Origin: a virus
IMG/VR virus record: IMGVR_UViG_3300045988_074363
Length of the DNA stretch: 48,689 bases
Reading direction: 5' to 3' (one strand)
Shown here in pieces: positions 33,496 through 41,113 of this stretch. Positions within the stretch are counted from its first letter, which is position 1, and the number at the start of each line of letters is the position of its first letter. The translations under genes and the position numbers were made by a program. A model generated the notes under the pieces. It was not told where the DNA came from. It saw only the letters and a program-made list of their open reading frames with translations, and searched no databases.

Positions 33496-33717
33496 TTATT
33501 TTTCTTCTTCATCGGCGGCGGGCTGGTCGATGGGCAGGCCGTCGCGCTCCATGCGTTCCCGGATTGCCTGCAAAATATATCCTTGCAGACTTTGCCCGGC
33601 ATTTTCGGCGGCAGCTCTGATTTTTGCCCCCTCCGGCTTTAGTGGGCGAATGTTTATATAATCGCATTTCGCCGTATAATTCGCGTTATTTCGTTTCTTT
33701 GCCTCTGATATTGGCAT
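33496..33717 (-). CDS. Ribbon-helix-helix (Arc/CopG-like) DNA-binding protein. Candidate switch repressor.
   Basis: ATG at 33717 behind AAGGGGG. 73 aa. The N-terminal basic strand, then two helices (IRAAAENAGQSLQGYILQAIRERMERD), are typical of RHH regulators. Divergent from the plus-strand operon. Confidence 0.7.
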   Translation of the reverse strand: MPISEAKKRNNANYTAKCDYINIRPLKPEGAKIRAAAENAGQSLQGYILQAIRERMERDGLPIDQPAADEEEK

Positions 33718-33748
33718 ATAATACCCCCTTGTTGTTTTAATTATAAAT

Positions 33749-33873
33749 AATATAGCACATTGCCGCTCGGCATTCAACTGTGCAAATTGCACAACATTCA
33801 ACCGTGCCGAATTGTGCAAAACGCAGAAAGCACGGTTGAATGCTTGACAAACGGCATTCAACCGTGCTACCAT
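33749..33873. promoter_or_regulatory. Divergent promoter/operator switch: four CATTCAACCGTGC operators plus two face-to-face promoters
   Basis: Operator copies are at 33771-33783, 33796-33808, 33830-33842 (inverted) and 33856-33868. The plus promoter has TTGACA at 33844-33849, an 18-nt spacer and TACCAT. The minus promoter has TTGAAT (33772-33777), a 17-nt spacer and TATATT (33749-33754). Extra palindromes are tgcaaattgca and ttgcacaa/ttgtgcaa. Confidence 0.65.
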
Positions 33874-33948
33874 GCAGACACAGCAAGCGACACGGCACAC
33901 AGCCGAACGCCGCAAGCTGAATACCCGGACAGGAGGAGAAAGGACACC

Positions 33949-34086
33949 ATGAACGACACGACAGCGAAAGAGCTTGACCGGCTGGCCGATTGGCTCCGGG
34001 CGCAAGGCATGACACCGGCGCAGGTGCTTGACTGCCTGAAATACATTGCAGGCACGACACCGCCCACCAACACTGCAGGGAAATAA
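33949..34086 (+). CDS. Hypothetical small protein (45 aa), first gene of the plus-strand operon
   Basis: ATG at 33949 behind AGGAGGAG. Confidence 0.6.
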   Translation: MNDTTAKELDRLADWLRAQGMTPAQVLDCLKYIAGTTPPTNTAGK

Positions 34087-34238
34087 AAAATAGGCTTGGC
34101 ACCCATCAAAGCCGCCAAGCCTAACACCCTGCAAGGGTGGCCGCTCCTGTCAGCGGCTACCCCCATTTTATCAAAACATCCGGCCCGCTGCAAGCCCGCC
34201 GGGCCGATCTAATAAAAAATATTTTGGAGGTTTTCACC

Positions 34239-34730
34239 ATGACTAACAACGAGATCATCATCAATCAGGCAATCGCACACGGCATTTACACCAAGGCAGA
34301 GGCGCAGGCCATCGTGGCCGCCAAGGGCTGCTTGCCCATTCACACCTTTGCAGAGTGGAAAAAGGCGGGTTACTCCGTCAAGCGCGGCGAACACGCCGCC
34401 ATTACCTGCGATCTGTGGAAGTACACCGAGCGCCCCGGCAAGGCCGCCAAGGCCGCCCGCGCAGAGGCCGCCAAGGCCGGGCAGAACGGCCCCGATGCCG
34501 ACGCCCCCGACCCGCATTACTACATGGCCAAGGCGCACTTGTTCACCCGCGATCAGGTCAAGCCCGCCGGGCAGGACGACGCCCCCAAGTCCAAGACCCC
34601 GGAGGAGATCGCCGCCTATAACAAAAAGCTGGCCGACGAACGCAAGGCCCGCAAGGCAGCGCAGCAGGCCGCCGCAGCTCCCGCCCCGGCACAGCCCGCC
34701 GCAGAATGTGAGCAAATTTCCATGTTTTAA
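34239..34730 (+). CDS. Hypothetical protein with an ArdC-N-like ssDNA-binding motif (tentative)
   Basis: ATG at 34239 behind GGAGG. HTFAEWKKAGYSVKRGEHAAI resembles the ArdC N-terminal domain core. The C-terminus is Ala/Lys-rich and low in complexity. Confidence 0.75.
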   Translation: MTNNEIIINQAIAHGIYTKAEAQAIVAAKGCLPIHTFAEWKKAGYSVKRGEHAAITCDLWKYTERPGKAAKAARAEAAKAGQNGPDADAPDPHYYMAKAHLFTRDQVKPAGQDDAPKSKTPEEIAAYNKKLADERKARKAAQQAAAAPAPAQPAAECEQISMF

Positions 34731-34738
34731 CCCACGCA

Positions 34739-34816
34739 ACCCGCAAGGCCGACGGCACCCGCCGCCGCTGGTGCAAGCCCAGCCGCCCCCACACGGGGCG
34801 GGCGCTCATGGGTACA
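34739..34816 (+). repeat. Structured GC-rich intergenic repeat, copy 1
   Basis: acccgcaaggccgacggcacccgccgccgctggtgcaagcccagccgcccccacacggggcgggcgctcatgggtaca. Nearly identical to copy 2. It lies between a stop codon and the CA-rich leader and SD of the next gene. Confidence 0.85.
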
Positions 34817-34856
34817 AGATCACCCACACACAACACAAAACAGGAGGCCGCACACT

Positions 34857-35054
34857 ATGACCACTTACACGCTTTTCCGTCTGTCTGACCGTCAAGCACA
34901 AAAAGAGCTTGCCACGCAGCGCCGCTATATGCAGCGCCACCGGGCAGAACTGGCCGACACCCGCAACCCTGACACCCTCCGCCGCTACATGGAGTTTAAC
35001 CGGCTTTCGATCATCTGCGCCAAGCGCGGCTATATGCTTTGTATCTCCAACTGA
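34857..35054 (+). CDS. Hypothetical protein (65 aa)
   Basis: ATG behind AGGAGG. Confidence 0.65.
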   Translation: MTTYTLFRLSDRQAQKELATQRRYMQRHRAELADTRNPDTLRRYMEFNRLSIICAKRGYMLCISN

Positions 35055-35062
35055 CCCACACA

Positions 35063-35140
35063 ACCCGCAAGGCCGACGGCACCCCGCCGCCGCTGGTGCA
35101 AGCCCAGCCGCCCCACATGGGGCGGGCGCTCATGGGTACA
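35063..35140 (+). repeat. Structured GC-rich intergenic repeat, copy 2
   Basis: Differs from copy 1 by only a few substitutions or indels. Same context: stop codon, repeat, CA-rich leader, AGGAGG, ATG. Confidence 0.85.
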
Positions 35141-35186
35141 CAAAACCACCCACACAAAACACAGCACAAAACAGGAGGCTTTCACA

Positions 35187-35630
35187 ATGGCAGCAACAGA
35201 ACGCAAAATTCCCGGCACCTTTGCCCCGGTTCCCGGTGGCTACTCCCAGCAGATCGGCGCAAACACGGCGCTTTTCATCCCGGATTTTTCCGTTTCCCGC
35301 TACGACCCCAGCACCGGCGAGGTTTACGGCTACGCCCCCGATTATGACGCATTGGAGGCCGCCAAGGCCCCCGCCGTGCAGGCCACCACCCCCGGCGAGT
35401 ATTCCTACTGCTACGAAATGCAGCAGGCCCCCACGGGCTGCGACTACGCCGCCGATCTTGCCTACTATGGCAAGCACTACTTTCTGCGCCCCCTGCGCGA
35501 CGGCCTGCCCCCGCTCCACGGGCGCGGCATTACCTACGACGCAGAACAGGGAACCTATATGGTCACGCTCCGCGCCTATGACAAAATCAAGGCGCAGTAC
35601 AAAATCAAGCGCGAAACTTGCCTTGATTGA
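35187..35630 (+). CDS. Hypothetical protein (147 aa)
   Basis: ATG behind AGGAGG. No motif recognised. Confidence 0.75.
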   Translation: MAATERKIPGTFAPVPGGYSQQIGANTALFIPDFSVSRYDPSTGEVYGYAPDYDALEAAKAPAVQATTPGEYSYCYEMQQAPTGCDYAADLAYYGKHYFLRPLRDGLPPLHGRGITYDAEQGTYMVTLRAYDKIKAQYKIKRETCLD

Positions 35631-35704
35631 CCCGCAAGGCCGACGCCACCCGCGCCGCCGGTGCAAGCCCGGCCACCCTGCAAGGGGTGGGCGCTCATGG
35701 GTAA
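35630..35704 (+). repeat. Structured GC-rich intergenic repeat, copy 3 (diverged, with compensatory stem changes)
   Basis: acccgcaaggccgacgccacccgcgccgccggtgcaagcccggccaccctgcaaggggtgggcgctcatgggta. The central stem ccaccc/gggtgg replaces ccgcccc/ggggcgg of copies 1 and 2. Confidence 0.8.
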
Positions 35705-36026
35705 CAAACACGATCACAAACCCGGCACGAATTTACAACGCGCACCCATCGCCAACAATGGCCGCCAGCCCGCCGGGGCGCTGGCATAAGTCCAACGGGA
35801 GCCGGTACACCTCCCCACAAAACAGATTGTACCCGCCGCCGGGCGGCCCCGGCACGGTTTACGGGCAGCTTATCACCACAAAAACAAGCCCCGCCCGCCC
35901 TGCGCAATGGGCACCGCCGCCGGGCATAAGACCACACGGCAGCCCCCAGCGGCACAACGCCACGCCGGGCCAGTTGTAAAGCGGCCCGTTCCCATTACCC
36001 AAAACACAAAACAGGAGGTACACAAA

Positions 36027-36923
36027 ATGCAATACTACGAAATCAACGAACAAACCGCCCGCCGGGCAAACGATGTTAATTCTATGAGCGACTACCGCCC
36101 CGGCAGCGCCACGGAAGAATACCGCGCCGCCGTGGACAAGGCCGCCGCGCTGGTACAGGCACGAAAAGCCAAGATCAGCCCCTACTATCACGACAAGCTG
36201 GATGCCCTGCTTGACCGCTACGCCCGCCGCCTTGCCGACTACTACAACGCCTATTACCGCAACGAATCGGCTTGCCCCTCCATCCTTGTTTGCGGCGGCA
36301 GCAACTTCCCGGTACGCAAAAAACAAAAGCAGAACGCCCGCCGCGAATCTCTTTGGCAGGAGTACAAGGAGATTGACGCCATTCTTGACAAAATCCGCAG
36401 CGTTGGCACCGGCGCGGTAGACCTGACCGACCCCCACGCCCGCGAACTGCTCCAAGATCGCTTGCAGCAGGAACAAAACGCCCTTGATTATTGCAAGGCC
36501 GCCAATGCCTACTACCGCAAGCACAAAACCCTGCGCGGCTATGCCAGCCTCACCGATCAGCAGGCCGACGCACTCACCGACCCGGACGCCTTTTCCGTCA
36601 AGCTGTACGGCAAACCCTACGGCGATTTTGAACTGTCCAGCCTGCGCGGCAAGATCAAGCGCATACAAGCCCGCCTTGCCGATCTGGACAAACTGCAAGC
36701 CGCCGCCCAGCAGCCCGACAACACCACGAAATTTGACGGTGGCGAGATCGTGCGTAATGCCGAAGAAAACCGCCTGCAAATCCTGTTCGACGAAATCCCC
36801 GACGCAGACACCCGCGACGCGCTGAAATCCAACGGTTTCCGCTGGTCGCCCCGCAAAAAAGCATGGCAGCGCCAGCTAACACAAAATGCCGAATACGCCG
36901 CCCGCCGGGTGCTTGGTCTGTAA
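36027..36923 (+). CDS. DUF3560-like protein
   Basis: ATG at 36027 behind AGGAGG. The C-terminal LQILFDEIPDADTRDALKSNGFRWSPRKKAWQRQL matches the conserved end of DUF3560 proteins of mobile elements (recalled family pattern). Confidence 0.75.
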   Translation: MQYYEINEQTARRANDVNSMSDYRPGSATEEYRAAVDKAAALVQARKAKISPYYHDKLDALLDRYARRLADYYNAYYRNESACPSILVCGGSNFPVRKKQKQNARRESLWQEYKEIDAILDKIRSVGTGAVDLTDPHARELLQDRLQQEQNALDYCKAANAYYRKHKTLRGYASLTDQQADALTDPDAFSVKLYGKPYGDFELSSLRGKIKRIQARLADLDKLQAAAQQPDNTTKFDGGEIVRNAEENRLQILFDEIPDADTRDALKSNGFRWSPRKKAWQRQLTQNAEYAARRVLGL

Positions 36924-36970
36924 ATTGTGCCCCGGATAACAACCCCAAAACAAAAACCGCGCCGCCCCGG

Positions 36971-36999
36971 TTCACCGCCGGGGCATTGCGTGGTATAAT
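36971..36999 (+). promoter_or_regulatory. Candidate sigma-70-type promoter (TTCACC, 17 nt, TGgTATAAT)
   Basis: -35 TTCACC at 36971-36976. Extended -10 TGgTATAAT ending at 36999. It overlaps a gccccgg/ccggggc hairpin (36964-36984), about 40 nt upstream of the 37038 ATG. Confidence 0.45.
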
Positions 37000-37037
37000 A
37001 GACCCAACACAAAACACAAAACGAAAGGGTGTAACGC

Positions 37038-37373
37038 ATGAATAACGAAAACATGACCGTTTATCCGCCTTACCGCCTTGTGGCCCAATTTGCCGACGGT
37101 GCCCGCCTGCTGTTCGACGGTCTGACCGAAGCGCAGGCACAGCAAAGCATGGAGGCCGCCCAAGCCCAACACGGGGATATTGCGTGGTATGACGGCGTGA
37201 CCGATCTGCACTACGAAAACGGCAAATATTATAAGCTCATACCCCCGCCGCCGGAAGTGGCCTTGATTGACCTCACAGAATACACCGGCCCGCTGGATGA
37301 AAACGGCCTGCCGCCGTCCTTGACCGGCAACCCGCCCGCCAATCACGAAACAGGCCCCGACGATCACAAATAA
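37038..37373 (+). CDS. Hypothetical protein (111 aa)
   Basis: ATG ORF with AAAGGGTG upstream. No motif recognised. Confidence 0.7.
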   Translation: MNNENMTVYPPYRLVAQFADGARLLFDGLTEAQAQQSMEAAQAQHGDIAWYDGVTDLHYENGKYYKLIPPPPEVALIDLTEYTGPLDENGLPPSLTGNPPANHETGPDDHK

Positions 37374-37428
37374 CCCCGCCCCGGACACAAAACCGCCCGC
37401 CGCAATAACAAAACCTGCGCAAACAGCA

Positions 37429-37482
37429 ACACCCCCAGCCAAGGCCACACGGCCCGCCGGGGGTGTTTTCCTGTTGTTTTTT
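37429..37482 (+). terminator. Rho-independent terminator (partial?) within the plus-strand operon
   Basis: acaccccc / gggggtgt outer stem with an inner ggcc-acac-ggcc hairpin, followed by TTTTCCTGTTGTTTTTT. Confidence 0.65.
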
Positions 37483-37539
37483 GCCTGAAATCGCTGTATT
37501 ATAGGCATTGCACAAAACAATTTTGGAGGTTTAGCTATT

Positions 37540-37758
37540 ATGTGGATTTATCGCTCACCAGTTGGCATTTTGAAGATCGTGCGCCAGCCTGACGGCACTT
37601 TCGGCCTGTGCCATAACGAAACAGTTTGGGAGGCTTGCGACACGCCGCAGGCAGAAGCCGACAATGTTTTTTGTCATGTAACAGGCTGTGACGAATGGGA
37701 TTCATGCCCCGACGCTGGCCCCTCCGATCTGTCCGAATGGGAATACATTCCCTCGTAA
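37540..37758 (+). CDS. Hypothetical Cys-rich small protein (72 aa)
   Basis: ATG behind GGAGG. It is the last plus-strand gene. Its 3-prime end overlaps the converging minus-strand ORF. Confidence 0.6.
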   Translation: MWIYRSPVGILKIVRQPDGTFGLCHNETVWEACDTPQAEADNVFCHVTGCDEWDSCPDAGPSDLSEWEYIPS

Positions 37759-38015
37759 CTTTCCGCCAGTTCTGCGGCCATACGCCGCCCATCAATGGTG
37801 CTTACCTTGTTCTTGTGCAAAAGCCGGGTAAGCGCCGTTTTTATTTGTTCCTCGGTTTCCAAATGCGGGTACGCCTCCAAAAATGCCTCGCTTTCCAGCA
37901 AATCCGCCGCTACGCGCATGACCAAGCGCCGTTTCAGTTCGGGGGTTTTACGCAATCCCTCCAAAAGCTGCTCCTCGCTCATGGTTTCACCGTGGGTCAA
38001 AATATCCTCGTTCAT
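37674..38015 (-). CDS. Hypothetical protein (113 aa)
   Basis: ATG at 38015 (GAGG 6 nt upstream); an alternative ATG lies at 38027. The helical N-terminal two-thirds look coding. The last 28 codons overlap 37540-37758 on the opposite strand. Confidence 0.55.
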   Translation of the reverse strand: MNEDILTHGETMSEEQLLEGLRKTPELKRRLVMRVAADLLESEAFLEAYPHLETEEQIKTALTRLLHKNKVSTIDGRRMAAELAESYEGMYSHSDRSEGPASGHESHSSQPVT

Positions 38016-38247
38016 ATCCTGCCTCATTTCTGCCCGGTTCACCGCCGGGCGTTTTTTCGTTGTCGATGATCTTCCAGTTTCTCCGCAGGGCGGCCAGCGT
38101 GGAATACGGGCAAAAGCCTTGCCCCTGCACATCCCGCACACACAAATACCCGCTCCGCCCGGCGCTGATCTCGATTTCATAGTATTTCTTGCTGACAAAC
38201 CCGCAAGAGGTCTGCCCCACAAACTGCGCCGTCACGATCTGCGCCAT
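37987..38247 (-). CDS. Hypothetical protein (86 aa)
   Basis: ATG at 38247, 3 nt after the upstream stop. Confidence 0.55.
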   Translation of the reverse strand: MAQIVTAQFVGQTSCGFVSKKYYEIEISAGRSGYLCVRDVQGQGFCPYSTLAALRRNWKIIDNEKTPGGEPGRNEAGYERGYFDPR

Positions 38248-38249
38248 GC

Positions 38250-38504
38250 TCACCCCTCCGCCGATTCCCGCAGCCAATCCAAGCAGCACTTTATGCAGGT
38301 TTTCGCGTCACCGGGGCCGGGGCATTTATCGTCGTCGTGCGGGCACATGATCGCAACCGCCAGCGCCTCGTCGTCCATTTCCCTGATCTTGTCCGCATTG
38401 GTAAAAACCACATCCGGGCAATGCTTCTTTCGTGCCTCTTTGCAAGCCTTGCCGCCATAGTCCAGCAGGCAGCCGGGCACCCTGCACCTGTCACACAATT
38501 TCAC
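38250..38504 (-). CDS. Hypothetical Cys-rich protein (84 aa)
   Basis: GTG at 38504 (GTGA overlap, GGAGGC RBS). Contains 11 Cys in CxxC-like spacing. Confidence 0.65.
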   Translation of the reverse strand: MKLCDRCRVPGCLLDYGGKACKEARKKHCPDVVFTNADKIREMDDEALAVAIMCPHDDDKCPGPGDAKTCIKCCLDWLRESAEG

Positions 38505-38698
38505 TTTTCATGCCTCCGTTTCAGCCAGCGCCGCAGCGGGCGCACCACAAAACAGTCTGCCGTAATATACGCGATTTTTCGCCAGTTCTGTTGCTCCACA
38601 AGCTGCCTTGTACTCTCCAACTGCATTTTCAAGCCGCATATCTGTTCAACTTCTGCCACAACACGCCGGGCAAGCACCCGGCTTACAAGCCTTTTCAC
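38501..38698 (-). CDS. Hypothetical protein (65 aa)
   Basis: GTG at 38698 behind AAGGAGG. Confidence 0.6.
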   Translation of the reverse strand: MKRLVSRVLARRVVAEVEQICGLKMQLESTRQLVEQQNWRKIAYITADCFVVRPLRRWLKRRHEK

Positions 38699-38736
38699 AA
38701 AAACGCGCCTCCTTTACCCGGCTACCCGCCGGGCCT

Positions 38737-39054
38737 TTATGTTTCTATCCAGTAGTCCATCAACGACCACCCGCCGTTGCTGTGTACACGCTTGATTTTC
38801 TTACGGGCGATTTTCTCCGGCACAGTGCTTTTCAGGTTTCCGTATTGATACTCAATCTTCACCTGCGCCTCGTACCACTTTTGCCCGGCCCTTTGGATGT
38901 AGAAAAAGCCCCATTCGCACGGGTTTCTTTCCAAAACGGCTTTTACAAGCTCCTGCACCGTCCATTCTCCGCGCAGTTCCACAGCATACGAACAGCAGCA
39001 GTCGCCATACGGCCCGCCGGTGCAAACCAGCTTAAAATCCCGCTCCGCTTTCAC
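38737..39054 (-). CDS. Hypothetical protein (105 aa)
   Basis: GTG at 39054 behind AGGAGGAATAAGG. Confidence 0.7.
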   Translation of the reverse strand: MKAERDFKLVCTGGPYGDCCCSYAVELRGEWTVQELVKAVLERNPCEWGFFYIQRAGQKWYEAQVKIEYQYGNLKSTVPEKIARKKIKRVHSNGGWSLMDYWIET

Positions 39055-39204
39055 GCCTTATTCCTCCTATTCGCAAATTGTTTTTCCAGCGGCTTTTCCC
39101 GTTCAGCGGAAAAGGTTACGCCCGCCGGGTGAAATCTTTTGATCAAAACACTTTTTTCGGCCAGTTTTCCCGCCGTGTTTCCCGCTCCAAAAGAGAGGTT
39201 TTTA

Positions 39205-39250
39205 CACGCAAAAAATCCCGCCGGGGCAGGGGCGATTTTACGGGATTTTT
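39205..39250 (-). terminator. Hairpin/terminator after the activator gene
   Basis: aaaatcccg / cgggatttt arms (39212-39220 and 39241-39249) around a GC-rich loop. There are T-runs on both strands. Confidence 0.5.
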
Positions 39251-39261
39251 CCCGGCGCATG

Positions 39262-39744
39262 TTATGTACGCGCGCGCGTGGCCCGCTCGGCCAACTCGTC
39301 CACCATCGGCACTTCTTCCAGCACCTCGCCCAGCCGTTCCACAGCTCTGCCGTGCCAATTCCGCGCCGTGCTGTCCGGCACACCCAGCTTGCCGGAAATT
39401 TTTGTCCAACTGTACCCACGAATCAGCCGCATGATTATGACCGACTTGTACTTACCGTTCACCGCGTCCAGTGCGCCCCGGATGTTGGCCGCGTCGCCCT
39501 CCAAGACTTCCACCTGAACGCTGATCTCCTGCAGGCGGCTCTTCACGCCGTTTTCGATCACGCGCACGGCCAGCGCCTCGGTGGGGTTGCCGGGTGCCGA
39601 ACTATGCGGCATACCGTCCATAGCAAGGCCGCCCAAGCCGTTGTATTCATCTTCCAGCGCGTCACGCTCCCGTTTAAGCAGCTTGATAGCCTCCGGGATT
39701 CCCCCGTAATATTTGACGATATGCTTTACCGTTTCGCTCCGCAT
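39262..39744 (-). CDS. Phage transcriptional activator with a sigma-70 region-4-like HTH (RinA/ArpU-type)
   Basis: ATG at 39744 behind GGAGGTG; an alternative ATG lies at 39759. The C-terminal YKSVIIMRLIRGYSWTKISGKLGVPDSTARNWHGRAVERL is a sigma r4-type HTH. Confidence 0.7.
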   Translation of the reverse strand: MRSETVKHIVKYYGGIPEAIKLLKRERDALEDEYNGLGGLAMDGMPHSSAPGNPTEALAVRVIENGVKSRLQEISVQVEVLEGDAANIRGALDAVNGKYKSVIIMRLIRGYSWTKISGKLGVPDSTARNWHGRAVERLGEVLEEVPMVDELAERATRART

Positions 39745-39769
39745 ACCCAGCACCTCCATTGCCTGTAAG

Positions 39770-40399
39770 TCAGAACAGCGTCTTGCCGAAAACCGGCTCC
39801 GTTGCTCCGCTGGTGTCCACCTCCACCGTGTCGTGAATGATCTGCCCGATCTTCCGCGCCAGCACGGCGTACCCGTAATACTCGCCGTCCTTGGTACACT
39901 CGCCAAACTGGCGGAAATTGTTCTCGGTTTCTTCCACCACCACGGCCACGCTGTCAGCGCCAAAGCCCAGCGCCTTGTGCATGGCCTGCACATAGATTTT
40001 CATAACCGTGTCCGCCGCCTCACGCCGGGCGGCCAGCTGCACGGCCTCCCGCTCCGTCTTGGGGGCAGACAGCGCAGGCAGCAGAAACGGCGGCATGATC
40101 TGCTGCACCGCAGCGGCCAGCGTGGCCTTGGCCTGCTTTTCGCCGCGCACCTGCTTGTCCAACGCATACTTGGCCGAAAACTCGTTGGCACAGTCCACAA
40201 CGCGCCGCAAACGCATTTCTCCAATGCCGTATTTGTCATAGATTGCCGCCAAAATGCACACAATCAGCACATTTCCCGTTTCTTCCCGGTGATCGTCCAG
40301 CCGTTCCGCCTCGGTCTTGCGGGTACGCAAAAAGCGCCGCTGCGCCTGTATGGCAGCGTTCCGGGCGAAATAACGCGGTGTAGTATGCCGTCTTTTCAT
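39770..40399 (-). CDS. Hypothetical protein (209 aa)
   Basis: ATG at 40399, ATGA-coupled to the upstream gene. Confidence 0.75.
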   Translation of the reverse strand: MKRRHTTPRYFARNAAIQAQRRFLRTRKTEAERLDDHREETGNVLIVCILAAIYDKYGIGEMRLRRVVDCANEFSAKYALDKQVRGEKQAKATLAAAVQQIMPPFLLPALSAPKTEREAVQLAARREAADTVMKIYVQAMHKALGFGADSVAVVVEETENNFRQFGECTKDGEYYGYAVLARKIGQIIHDTVEVDTSGATEPVFGKTLF

Positions 40400-40611
40400 C
40401 CCAGGGCCTCCTGTTTCTCAATTTCCCGGCCACAAAGCGGGCAAAAATCAATGCACAGCACATTCAGTGCGCCGCCGTCGTGCAGGGTGTCAGTGCAAAG
40501 GCGCGGGTTTCCGTCCTCGCCCCACTCCACCCAAAACAGCATACCGCTGGTGGTTTGCATACGCTGGTGCCGCTCACACAGCGGGCACCGGCTCTTTTCT
40601 TGGCTTTTCAT
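40396..40611 (-). CDS. Hypothetical zinc-ribbon protein (71 aa)
   Basis: A CPLC...CPLC pair. Confidence 0.7.
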   Translation of the reverse strand: MKSQEKSRCPLCERHQRMQTTSGMLFWVEWGEDGNPRLCTDTLHDGGALNVLCIDFCPLCGREIEKQEALG

Positions 40612-40615
40612 GGGT

Positions 40616-41113
40616 TCAGCCCTCCTTTGCCAGCTCTCGCCAGCGTTTCAAGTCGTCTTTGTCCTCGGCGGTGATGATCTCGGTGAATTTCCACCCCGCC
40701 GGTCGGGCAATCTGTTCCAAGAACACCCGCCGTCGCACAGGGTAGTCACGCTGCATACGCCGAACAAACTTGCTCTTGATCTCCACGATCTCAACGGTGC
40801 CGTCGGCGTATTTCAGCCGAAAGTCCGCTGTATAGCGTATGGGGCGCAGCTTCATGGTGCCGTATTCACCCGCCGGGAACAGCGGGAACGCGGGGTGCTG
40901 CTCACACTCCACGATCTCGCCCCGTGCCATCTTTGGCAGTACGATTCCCGTGTAAAATTCATACTCGCCCCGGCTATCAAAATCCCTGCCTGCTGCCTTG
41001 GCCTGCTTCACCGCCTCGGCCAGCGGGTCAGCGGCGCGGCGTTTCCGGGCGGCAAGCTGCTGTTCAGCCTGCGCACGGTAGCGCGGTGGCAGGTCGTCCA
41101 ACTCCATGTTCAT
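40616..41113 (-). CDS. DUF1064-family protein (PD-(D/E)xK-like nuclease/resolvase fold)
   Basis: FDSRGEYEFY...G.I......P.F.L........YTADF...YADGTVEIVEIKS matches the DUF1064 pattern. Confidence 0.75.
   Translation of the reverse strand: MNMELDDLPPRYRAQAEQQLAARKRRAADPLAEAVKQAKAAGRDFDSRGEYEFYTGIVLPKMARGEIVECEQHPAFPLFPAGEYGTMKLRPIRYTADFRLKYADGTVEIVEIKSKFVRRMQRDYPVRRRVFLEQIARPAGWKFTEIITAEDKDDLKRWRELAKEG

Noticed and set aside
34739-35704. Whether the three spaced repeats could be a CRISPR array.
   Set aside because: The repeats are about 78 nt long and imperfect. The spacers are 250-490 bp and contain ordinary genes with an RBS. There are no cas genes.
34909-35979. A 356-aa plus-strand ORF spanning three genes and the intergenic repeats. 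It contains the repeated peptide NPQGRRHP.
   Set aside because: It is Pro/Ala/Arg-rich and overlaps better-supported genes that have strong SD sites. The repeated peptide is just the translation of the intergenic nucleotide repeat.
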